The notes beneath the pieces are model-generated. The model saw only the letters and a list, made by a program, of their open reading frames with translations, was not told the origin of the DNA and searched no databases. The position numbers and the translations under genes are program-made. Shown one piece after another: positions 35,349-45,539 of a stretch of DNA of 64,000 nucleotides. Source of the stretch: Squalus acanthias (taxonomy: Eukaryota); NCBI GenBank assembly GCA_030390025.1, contig CM059432.1, positions 88,166,001-88,230,000 of the forward strand. Direction: 5' to 3'. Position 1 is the first letter of the stretch; each line of letters opens with the position of its first letter.

Positions 35349-38127
35349 TCATAGCCAAATCAACCTAACCCACACATTTTTGGACTCCCCATATCCCATG
35401 ATCCCTTTAGCCTTAAGAAATATATCTAACTCCTTCTTGAATATATTTAATGAGTTGGCCTCAACTACCTTCTGTGGTAGAGAATTCCACAGGTTCACCA
35501 CTCTCTGGGTGAAGAAATTCCTCCTCATCTCTGTCCTAAATGGCTTACCCCTTATCCTTAGACTGTGACCCCTGGTTCTGGATTCCCCGGCCATCGGGAA
35601 CATCTTTCCTGCATCGAGTCTGTCTAGTCCTGTTAGAATTTTATAAGTTTCAATGAGATCCCTCTCATTCTTCTCAACTCCAGCGAATACAAGCCCAATC
35701 GACCCAATCTCTCCTCATACGTCATTCCTGCCATCCCAGGTAACAGTCTGGTGAATCTTCGCTGCACTCCCTCCATGGCAAGAACATCCTTCCTCAGATA
35801 AGGCGACCAAAACTGCACACAATACTCAAGATGTGGTCTCACCAAGGCTCTGTACAACTGCAGCAAGACATCCTTGTTCCTGTACTCGAACCCTCTCGCT
35901 ACGAAGGCCAACATACCATTTGCCTTCTGAACCGCCTGCTGCACCTGCATGCTTACCTTCAGCGACTGGTGCACAAGGACACCCAGGTCTCGTTGCACTT
36001 CCCCTTCTCCCAATCTATTGCCGTTCAGATAATAATCTGCCTTCCTGTTTTTGCCACCAAAGTGGATAACCTCGCATTTATCCACATTGTACTGCATCTG
36101 CCATGCATCTGCCCAATCACCCAACCTATTCAAATCATACTGGAGTTTCTCGGCATCCTCCTCACAGCATACATGCCCACCCAGCTTTGTGTCGTCTGCA
36201 AACTTGGAGATATTACATCTAGTTCCCTCGTCTAGATCATTAATACATATTGTGAGTAGCTGGGGTCCTAGGACCGATCCCTGCGGTACCCCACTAGTCA
36301 CTGCCTGCCACTTGGAAAAAGACCCGTTTATTCCAACTCTTTGCTTCCTGTCTGCCAACCAGTTCTCTATCCAAGTCAGTACCCTGCCCCCAATCCCATG
36401 TGCCTTAACTTTACACGCTAATCTCTTATGCGGGACCTTATCGAAAGCCTTCTGAAAGTTCAAATACACCACATCCACTGGTTCTCCCTTATCTATTTTG
36501 CCAGTTACATCCTCAAAAAATTCCAGTAGATTAGTCAAGCACGATTTACCTTTTGTAAATCCATGTTGACTTTGACCGATCCTGTCACTGTTTTCCAAGT
36601 GCTCTGCTATTACATCTTTTATAATGGACTCTAGCATTTTCCCCACTACCGATGTCAGTCTATAATTCCGTGTTTTCTCTCTACATTAGCTACCCTCCAA
36701 TCCATGGGTACTGTTCCAGATTCCATCGAATGTTGGAAGATGATCAGCAATGCATCTACTATTTCTAGGGCCACTTCCTTAAGTACCCTAGGATGTAGAT
36801 TATCAGGCCCTGGGGATTTATCGGCCTTCAATCCCGTCAATTTCCCTAACACCATTTCCCTGCAAATACTGATTTCTTTCAGTTCCTCCCTTTCATCAGA
36901 CCCTATGTTCCCCGACATCTCTGGGAGGTTATTTGTGTCCTCCTTTGTGAAGACAGAACCAAAGTATGTATTTAATTGGTCTGCCATTTCTTTGTTCCCG
37001 ATTATAAATTCCCCTGATTCTGACTGCAAGGGACCTACACTTGACTTCACCAAGCTTTTTCTCTTCACATATCTATAGAAGCTTTTACAGTCAGTTTTTA
37101 TGTTCCCTGCAAGCTTACTCTCATACTCTATTTCCCCCCTCTTAATTAATCCCTTTGTCCTCCTTTGCTGAATCCTCAACTGCTCCCAATCATCAGGTTT
37201 GCTGCTTTTTCTGGCCAATTTATATGTCCTCTCCTTGGATCTTATGCTGTCCCTAATTTCCCTTGTTAGCCACGGTTGATTCACATTTTTTGTTTTATTT
37301 TTATGCCAAACAGGGATGAACAAATTCTGTAGTTCATCCATGCGATCTTTAAATGTTTACCATTGCCTATCCACCGTCAACCCTTTGAGTAACATTCCCC
37401 AATCAATCCTACCCAATTCGTGCCTCATACCATCGTAGTTTCCTTTATTTAAATTCAGGACCCTAGTCTCTGAGTCAAATACTTCACTCTCTATCTTAAT
37501 GAAGAATTCTATCATATTATGATCGCTCCGCCCCAAGGGGCTTCACACAACAAGATTGCTAATTATTCCTTTCTCATTACATAATACCCAGTCTAAGATG
37601 GCCTGATCTCTAGTTGGTTCCTCGACATATTGGTCCAGGAAACCATCCCGTATACACTCCAGGAATTCCTCCTCCACAGTATTGTTACTAATTTGGTTAG
37701 CCCAATCTATATGTAGATTAAAGTCACCCATGATAACTGCTGTGCCCTTATTGCACGCGTCTCTAATTTCCCGTTTAATGCCATCCCCAACCTCTGCATT
37801 ACTGTTTGGGGGTCTGTATACAACTCCCACTAACGTTTTCTGTCCCTTGGTATTTCTCAGCTCTACCCATACAGATTCTACATCATCAGAGCTAATATCC
37901 TTCCTTATAATTGTGTTAATCTCCTCTTTAACCAGCAATGCTACCCCGCCTCCTTTTCCATTTTGCCTGTCTTTCCTGAATATTGAATACCCCTGGATGT
38001 TGAGTTCCCAGCCCTGGTCATCCTGGAGCCATGTTTCGGTAATCCCAATCATATCATATCCGTTTACATCTATTTGCGCCGCTAATTCATCCACCTTATT
38101 ATGAATGCTCCTCGCATTAAGACACAA
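35349..38127 (-). pseudogene. CR1 ORF2 (APE endonuclease and reverse transcriptase), frameshifted
   Basis: CLNARSI, ITETWL, VMGDFN-type, LDWVL, SPGPDNLHPRVLKE, FQKAFDKVPH, KFADDTKL. Confidence 0.92.
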
Positions 38128-38128
38128 T

Positions 38129-39010
38129 GGGGGAAAAATTCAGTTGGTTGCGCCTCCCATTAGCGCCTTAAGAGGGCGCTAATGGGGTGCAAAGCATCTA
38201 GCTCCCAGGCGCAGCGAAGTTTGCGCCGCTCGCAAAATAAACTAGACATTTTGCGGCGGCGCTAAACGCTACCGCCACGATCTCCTGCGCCGGCAGATCG
38301 TGACGTCAGTCGAGTGCGCAACGCCCCGGTATCGCCCCGGAGCGGATATTGAGTGGCGCCCCCTGCCTTACCGCCTGATGCTAGCAACGACAGGTTGAGG
38401 GGAGCGTGTTGCAGTCAGGAAGGGACTGGGGGAGCGCTATTTAAAGGTGACCGCTTCCTGCCTTTTATTGTTGGTGCCATTTTTGAACTACGCATTCTGA
38501 GAGAGAGAGAGAGAGACTTCTGGAGAGATTCAACGTTGTGTGAAGGAGTTTTGGGTACTGAGCAGCACTTTGCAGGTTCATTTTGATTTGCCATTCCTTG
38601 TATCGATTTAGAAGAGACTGTGGGGGCTGCACTCTGAGCTCTTTGCCTGGTACTCTCCATTGTTCTTTCCAGCAGATTTGATGTGCAGGTCTCTCCAGGC
38701 CAAGATTCAAGGCTGCAATGAGCAGGATGTGGATGGAAAGCAAGATTAACCATCCCCTTTAAGAACTGGCCCGTGCCATTGTGTGTGTGTTCCATTGCTG
38801 ACTGACATCACATGAGCTTCGCCAACGCTCTGAGGTAGCGCCTCGCTCCTCGGCCTTTGCGCCTTAAGACGTCTGATTTTGCGCTCCAATCACCTCCAGG
38901 GGCGATAAAAGTCAAGTTTGCATTCGGTGGCGATAATTAGCGCCAGGCGTTAATCTTTGCGCCCGGCCGATAATTGCGCCCCAAATGGGGCGATACTGAA
39001 TTTCTCCCCC
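38129..39010. mobile_element. Harbinger copy D: 882-bp non-autonomous internal-deletion derivative, inverted relative to A and E
   Basis: TIRs GGGGGAAAAATTCAG and CTGAATTTCTCCCCC; the first codons of the transposase (GAA) join the first codons of the Myb gene (MESTRQRAQ) at about 38631; no TSD visible. Confidence 0.9.
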
Positions 39011-39445
39011 TTCAGGCTTGTCTTTTTAATACTCTTAGACCTTTTAGAATTATTATTTACTGTGGCCATGTTTGATTTAAACCCTTGGGGGTAGAAATTA
39101 GGTCGCGCCCCATTTGGGGCGCAAATATCGTCCGCGCGCAAATATTAGCGCCTGGCGCTAATTATCGGCACTGACAGGAAACTTCACTTTTACCGCCCCG
39201 GGAGGTGAGTGGAGCGCTAAATTAGGCGCTGCACACCTCTCTTAAGGCGCAAAGGCCTAGGAGTGAGGCGCTAACTCAGCGCACGAGCGCAGCGCAGCTG
39301 CTGCCAGTTAGCGAGGGAACACAGACACACTGGCGCCGGACACTTCTTAAAGCGGGGGGGGGCCACTTGCTCCCCAGCCACACCCTGCTCATTGCAGCCT
39401 TGAATCTCAGCCTGGAGAGACCTGTAATCCATTTTGCTGCCAAGC

Positions 39446-41518
39446 ATGGAGAGGGTGAGAGAACGCGCTCATCGCTTCACCGAGCGGGCCTTGGATGCTC
39501 TGGTTGACGCAGTGGAGCGCAGACGATGCATGCTGTTCCCAGAGAGTGGCAGGAGGCCTTTGCCACGCGAGTTCAGAAGAGTGTGGAGGGAGGTGGCTCA
39601 GAGCGTCTCCTCCAGGAGCATGGTGCCCAGGACCCATGTCCAGTGCCGCAAAAAGTTCAACGACCTCACTCGGGTCGTCAGGGTGAGTGGCTTTTTCTCA
39701 ATACCTCTCCATCCCTCCATCTCAACCTCACTCTATGGCCAGAGGGTCTTAAAACCCCAATGCACAACACTCATCCAACACCTATGGCCCTTTCATCAAA
39801 CACACACACACATTCCACACTTTGCATACAGTAAGGGCTATTCACCTATGGGAGGCACATCAGGCAAGACCATGGCTGCATACAGTAAGGGCTATTCACC
39901 TATGGGAGGCACATCAGGCAAGACCATGGCTGCATACAGTAAGGGCTATTCACCTATGGGAGGCACATCAGGCAAGACCATGGCTGCATATTGTAAGGGC
40001 TATTCACCTATGGGAGGCACATCAGGCAAGACCATGGCTGCATATTGTAAGGGCTATTCACCTATGGGAGGCACATCAGGCAAGACCATGGCTGTATATT
40101 GACTCAGATGCTGTCCTTTTTCTTGCAGGCTAAGCTGGCTCATAATCGGAGACAGCAGCAACGGACGGGTGGAGGGCGGCTTCAGCTGCAACCCCTCAGC
40201 GATCTGGAGGAGCGCGTCCACAGGATTGTGGCAAGCCGGGTGATCGGTCCCGTCGCCACTGGAGACGCCGACCCCGTTGTGGACAGCAATGGTAAGGTCA
40301 TCACCTTTTTGTCCTCTGTCCTTCCACTTGTCCCTCACAATACCAGCCTTTGACACTTTCAATCCAACTTGCTAACTCGCTGCACTTATTCCTCCCTTAC
40401 TGCCACCCTGTCCTCACGCTAAAGCCACTCTTGTACCTCCCTGCTTTCAGATGGTGATTCACCAGCTGAGGAGATGGTCCCTGAAGCTGCCACTGGGAGT
40501 GATGCTGCAGCTGAGGAGGAAGAGGAAGCCGGAGCATCAGTGCCACCCTCTCCCGAGGAAGCCCATGGCCACACTGGGAACACGCCTTCCCCGGAGGGGA
40601 GCAGGGGGGAAGGGGCTGATGATGGTGAAGTTCCAGGACCCAGCGGGCTGCAGCAACGCCATGGGGGGGGGGAGGGAAGAACGGGGGAGCAGGGGGGAAG
40701 GGGCTGATGATGGTGAAGTTCCAGGACCCAGCGGGCTGCAGCAACGCCATGGGGGGGGGAGGGAAGAACGGGAGCCTTCTCCCCAGAGGAAGAGTATGCC
40801 AGACACTCCGAATGCAATGGACGCAGAGGAGGAGCGGCTGATTGCAGAAATGAACAGCTAGGCGGTGGTCATGCACACTGAGCTCATGGGTGCAGTGGGA
40901 AGGGTGCCCGAATGCATTGAGGCACTGGCAAGGAGTGTGGAGCACTTCGCTGTAGCACAGGCGGATGCCACACTAAAGCTTACTGCTGCAATTCAGTCAC
41001 TGGCTGCCAGGAACCCATCTGAGCCTGCTCTCATGCAGACTCAGATTGAGGCCACGCGAGCACTGACTGCTGCCATCCTCGATGGTTCGTGCACATGTCC
41101 CCGGGGCTGTCACCGCGCCGCAGCAGGCCAGCAATCTGTTCTCAGGCAAATTGCTCCGGATGCTGAAGTGCTGCCCCGTGGGAGTGCCAGTGTGTCGGGC
41201 GAGCAGGGAGTTGCTGTCCTCTCTCACGATGACAGCATTCCTGCTGCCAACACTGTCACTTCTCCACTGCACTTGCCACCGCCTGTAGGACAGACTGCTG
41301 CCGCCCATGCAGAGTTGGTGCAGTCTGCAGCCGGGCCCTCCAGGCCCAGAAGTGGTCGAGGCCGTCCTTCAGGGGCATCTGCAGTGTCAGGGTCTGACAA
41401 GCAGCAGCCTTCCACCAGCCTTGCTGCAGCCACTGAGGTCCCATTACGGAGGAGCAGTAGGGTTAGAAGGGGGGAAGTGCGCAAGGGAAGGAGATCACCC
41501 TCGAAGGGCAAAAAGTAG
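39446..41518 (+). pseudogene. Harbinger Myb/SANT-like gene E (exons 39446-39682, 40129-40291, 40451-41518), exon 3 disrupted
   Basis: MERVRERAHRFTERALDALV...QCRKKFNDL; canonical GT-AG introns in phases 0 and 1; about 88-bp tandem duplication (40597-40772) and TAG at 40859-40861. Confidence 0.9.
39830..40100. repeat. 54-bp tandem repeat, 5 copies, in intron 1 of Myb gene E
   Basis: GTAAGGGCTATTCACCTATGGGAGGCACATCAGGCAAGACCATGGCTGCATA.. starting at 39831, 39885, 39939, 39993 and 40047. Confidence 0.95.
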
Positions 41519-41812
41519 GAGGTGTGCCAAAATGCTGGTCATTTTTTTATTAAAGGCCGAGGTTCATGGCCCAACTTTTGTTTAGTGTTTTGGACATTAT
41601 CTCCAGGTTGTGAGAACCAGTTATGTTATTGACTGTTTTTTTGTGTTTATTTCTATGAGTTTGTCATGAGGAATTGACACACACAGAGTTTGTACAATAA
41701 ATAGGTTTCTGTATTCAAAATATACATGGCTGGTGGTTGGAATTATTGGTGCCTTGGCCGGCTCAGGGGTTGCGTGCTGGGTTGATTCGTGTTTGTAGCA
41801 CTGGCAGGGGCC

Positions 41813-42973
41813 CTAGAAGCGGCTTGCTATTAGTCGTTGACGGACGGCCCTTGCAGTTTGACCATTGTGGGCCGCCCTCCTGCCTTGGTGCTGCTGCCGA
41901 TCATCGTCCTCGGCCTGTTCCTCCTCTTCCTCCTCCTCCTCTTGTGGTGCTGCAAGGCCTGGTGGCATTGGCTGCGTCCTGAGGATTGCCATGTTGTGCA
42001 ACATGCAGCACACCACTACGAATTTGGAAACTTGCTCAGGCGAGTACTGCAGGGCTCCTCCGGAATGGTCCAGACAGCGGAATCGTTGTTTGAGCACGCC
42101 GATTGTGCGCTCAATAATGTTCCTGGTTGCTTGTTGGCTTTCCTGGTACCGCAGCTCAGCAGGGGTGTTTGGCGCACGGAGCGGTGTCATCAGCCAGGTG
42201 CTCAATGCGTACCCCTTGTCCCCCAGAAGCCAACCAACTGGCTGATGCGGTGCCTCGAAAATTTCTGCCACAGTACTCTGGCGCAGGATGAAAGCATCGT
42301 GGCAGCTGCCCGGATAGTGGGCATTGACAGCGAGAATCACCTGTCTGTGGTCACAGACCAACTGCACATTCAAGGAATGGAACCCCTTTCTGTTCCGGAA
42401 CTCCTCTGCATTCTCTCGCGGAGTACGCAAAGCCACATGCGTGCAGTCAATGGCGCCCTGCACCATGGGGAAGCCCGCTACCCTCGCAAAGCCCATAGCA
42501 CGGTCATGCTGCTTGTCTGGGGTCATAGGGAAGGAGATGAAGTCTCGTCTCCTTGTGAAGAGGGCATTGGTGACCTGCCGGATGCAGCGATGCACCGCAA
42601 ACTGGGAGATATTGGCGAGGTCCCCAACAGCAGCTTGGAATGAGCCAGTGGCGTAGAAGTTCAAGGCCACTGTGACCTTCACTGCCACCGACAGAGACGT
42701 CCTGGACCTCAGCTGAGGCTGCAGATCTGGCTGCAGCAGGTGGCAGAGCTCAGTGACCACCTCCTTGCTGAATCGCAGCCTTCGCAAACACAGCTCCTCG
42801 GACATGTGGATGTAGGAGAGCTGTTCACGATATACCCTGGGAGGGTAAGCTCTCCTGTACATGCGCCTGATGGGCCTCCTCCGTCTGGCCATCATTGCCA
42901 CTCTCTGTCTGCGTCTCACTCTGCTCCGATTGAGCTGGAGCAGGACGACGCCCCCAATCATTGCAGCCCCCAT
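41813..42973 (-). CDS. Intact Harbinger DDE transposase (HARBI1-like, 386 aa)
   Basis: Uninterrupted ATG-to-TAG frame; GAIDCTH, HDAFIL, LLGDKGY, IERTIGVLKQRFRCL and CCMLHN motifs; acidic C-terminal tail. Confidence 0.93.
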   Translation of the reverse strand: MGAAMIGGVVLLQLNRSRVRRRQRVAMMARRRRPIRRMYRRAYPPRVYREQLSYIHMSEELCLRRLRFSKEVVTELCHLLQPDLQPQLRSRTSLSVAVKVTVALNFYATGSFQAAVGDLANISQFAVHRCIRQVTNALFTRRRDFISFPMTPDKQHDRAMGFARVAGFPMVQGAIDCTHVALRTPRENAEEFRNRKGFHSLNVQLVCDHRQVILAVNAHYPGSCHDAFILRQSTVAEIFEAPHQPVGWLLGDKGYALSTWLMTPLRAPNTPAELRYQESQQATRNIIERTIGVLKQRFRCLDHSGGALQYSPEQVSKFVVVCCMLHNMAILRTQPMPPGLAAPQEEEEEEEEQAEDDDRQQHQGRRAAHNGQTARAVRQRLIASRF

Positions 42974-43168
42974 CTTCTCTTTGCCAGAAAAGTAATGAGG
43001 TACAGCAACGAAAGTAGCAGCAAAGTTAGGATGAACTAGGCAAAACTACCTCACAAAGCGTTGAGTCAATGTAGAAGTCTCTCTCTCTCTCTCTCCGAAT
43101 CTCTCTCTCTCTCTCAGAACGAGTGGTGCATAAATGTCGACCACAGAAAAAGACAGGAAGAGGCCCCC

Positions 43169-43313
43169 TTTAAATAGCGCCCCCCCCAGCCCCAGACCGA
43201 TTGATAACGTTCCAGTCTTCCGGTCGTTGGAAGCGCCAGGCGGTAAGGCAGGGGGCGCCACTCAATTTCCGCTCCGGGGCGCCCCAAGGGCGTTGCACCA
43301 CGGACTGACGTCA
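43169..43313 (-). promoter_or_regulatory. Putative transposase promoter of copy E (TGACGTCA at 43306-43313, TATTTAAA at 43176-43169)
   Basis: Both motifs are conserved with copies A and D. Confidence 0.55.
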
Positions 43314-43591
43314 CAATCTGCGCGCGCAGGTGGTCGCAGCGGTAAGTTTTAGCGCCGCCGCACAATCTCAAGTTAAGTTCTCGAGCGGCGCAAACAGCGC
43401 TGCGCCCGGGCGTTAGCGCCTTAACGCCCCATTAGCGCCCATTTAAGGCGCTAACGGGAGGCGCAACCAACTGAATTTTTACCCCTTGATTTCTCTGACT
43501 GCCACTTTTGCTTTTCTCCTTCCTGTCTTTTGCTTCTATCCTTGCTTCCCTTTCCTCTGTCTCCCTGCACAGGTTCCCAACCCCTGCCATT

Positions 43592-44356
43592 TTAGTTTAA
43601 ACCCTCCCCCACAGCACTAGCAAACACTCCCCCTAGGACATCGGTCACAGTCCTGCCCAGGTGCAAACTGTCCAGTTTGTACTGGTTCCACCTCCCCCAG
43701 AACCGGTTCCAATGTCCCAGGAATTTGAATCCCTCCCCCATGCACCATTCCTCTAGCCACGTATCCATCTGAAATATCCTTCTATTTCTACTCTGACTAG
43801 CACGTGGCATTGGTAGCAATCCTGAGATTACTACCTTTGAGGTCCTATTTTTTAATTTACCTCCTAACTCCGTATATTCAGCTTTTAGGACCTCATCCCA
43901 TTTTTTACCTATATCGTTGGTACCTATATGCACCACGACAACTGGCTGTTCACCCTCCCCCTCCAAAATGCTCTGTAGCCGCTCCGAGACAACCTTGACC
44001 CTTGCACCAGGGAGGCAACATACCATCCTGGAGTTTCGTTTGTGGCCGCAGAAACGCCTATCTATTCCCCTTACAATAGAATCCCCTATCACTATAGCTC
44101 TCCCACTCTTTTTCCTCCCGTCCTGTGCAACAGAACCACCCACGGTGCCAGGAAGTTGGCTGCTGCTGCCTTCCCCTGATAAGCCATCTCCCTCAACAAT
44201 ATCCAAAGCGGTATATCTGTTTGAGAGGGGGATGGCCACAGGGGACCCCTGCACTACCTGCCTGCACCTACTACTCTGCCTGGTGGTCACCCATTCCCTT
44301 CCTGCCTGTGCAGCCTTTACCTGCGGTGTGACCACCTCCCTAAATGTGCTATCCAC
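43592..44356 (-). pseudogene. CR1 ORF1 SGNH/GDSL esterase domain, N-terminus missing
   Basis: NRY, IVIGDSIVRG, CLPGA, VHIGTND and LHL motifs. Confidence 0.88.
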
Positions 44357-44633
44357 GAGGAGCAGCAGCAGAGGCGGCGGCAGTGTGGACCTGGGAGAAG
44401 CGGCGAGGTGGCGGCGGCGATAAAAGGAGAGCCCGAGGCGCAGGTAGGCACCACAGCAGCAGCAGAGGCGGCGGCAGTGTGGACCTGGGAGAAGCGGCGA
44501 GGTGGCGGCGGCGATAAAAGGAGAGCCCGAGGCGCAGGTACGCCCCACAGCAGCAGCAGAGGCGGCGGCAGTGCGGACCTGGGCGGAGCGGTGAGGCGGC
44601 GGCGGCGATAAAAGGAGAGCCCGAGGCGCAGGT
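44357..44633. repeat. GC-rich 94-bp tandem repeat, 3 copies
   Basis: GATAAAAGGAGAGCCCGAGGCGCAGG at 44419, 44513 and 44607. Confidence 0.9.
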
Positions 44634-44639
44634 TTCACG

Positions 44640-45380
44640 CATGATCAGCGCCAGGGGTATGAATGCTGCCATATTGGCATAGGCAGCTGCCCGGGCGCCT
44701 ATGTCACCCATCTGTAACACATCTTAGGCCCGTTAAATATGTAAATAAGTGGCCTCACCTTTATTTTAGGACCCTTACACTAAATTGGTGAGCGATAAGC
44801 CCTCCTTGTGAGCCAGGAGAAGCAGGAGTGCTCCTCCCAGGCCGCTCAAGGAATCCTTTAGCCTCTCCCAGCCCTGAACGCCAGCCTCCCCCCCTTCACA
44901 GCCCTCCCAATTGCCAACCTCCCTCCTCCATTTCCAATCAACAAGCTCTCTGCCCCCTCCCTAGCGCGGACTCTCTCACCCTCCCAATTGCTGGACTCTC
45001 TCCCAACTCCCAATCGTGGGCTCTTGCCCCCCTCCTGCTTGCCGACCTCTCTTCCCCATCCCGATCGCGGGCTTTCACCCCCTCCCGATCGTGGGCTCTC
45101 TCACCCTCCCAATTACTAGGCTCTCTCCCTCTCCCAATCACAGACTCCCTCCGCCCTCCCAATTGCTGGGCCTCTCCTACCTCTTGATTGCTGGGAACCG
45201 TCCCCAGCCACTAGTCAGGCTGTTCATTTGGTTGGCTGCAGGGCAGGAAACGGAGCTAAACAATGTTAATGAGGTGCTATGGTTAAGTTTGGCAGGACCT
45301 CCATGACCCGGCCTTGCCGGGTTCTTCAGCCGTTTTCAGTCTCACCTGCATCTTCCCCGCCTCCCGGTTAATATAGGGAC
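44640..45380. mobile_element. MITE-like remnant with C-rich internal tandem motifs
   Basis: GGAGAAGCAGGAGTGCTCCTCC motif shared with 53236-54038; terminus-like TTAATATAGGGACC. Confidence 0.4.
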
Positions 45381-45539
45381 CATTGTGTCTGAAACAGGCA
45401 TTTCTATTTAAATAATTCCTTCATTTGCAATGGTAGCAGCCATCAATTCTTGTGCATTGAGATAAGAAAAGTGGAACTTTGAAGGAGTTCTATTCTCCCA
45501 CCATCCTCCTTAATAGAATTGGAGTTGCATTTGATATAC

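Larger units (their letters stand above)
39088..43485. mobile_element. PIF/Harbinger transposon copy E, full length (about 4.4 kb)
   Basis: TIRs GGGGTAGAAATT and AATTTTTACCCC; TSD TTG at 39085-39087 and 43486-43488; two convergent genes. Confidence 0.96.
34977..44356 (-). mobile_element. Near full-length CR1 LINE (ORF1 esterase plus ORF2), split by Harbinger copies D and E
   Basis: ORF1 at 43592-44356 and ORF2 at about 35349-38127; pieces at 39011-39087 and 43486-43591 bridge the insertions; CATAGAAT tail. Confidence 0.92.

Noticed and set aside
38126..39013. TSD for Harbinger copy D
   Set aside because: The flanks (AAT and TTC) do not match, so D was excluded from the target-site consensus
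39830..40100. CRISPR-like array or host coding repeat
   Set aside because: Contiguous 54-bp units without spacers, inside a GT-AG intron of a transposon gene
41837..42656. Antisense ORFs overlapping the transposases (also 5184-6104)
   Set aside because: Shadow ORFs of GC-rich coding sequence; boundaries are not conserved between copies A and E
41813..42973. Host HARBI1 gene
   Set aside because: Lies within TIRs and a TSD beside a Myb partner, and has several paralogous copies in the window, so it is a transposon gene rather than the domesticated locus
43592..44638. Intact 348-aa ORF1 or esterase protein
   Set aside because: The N-terminal roughly 90 aa derive from the 94-bp tandem repeat; true ORF1 homology starts near 44356
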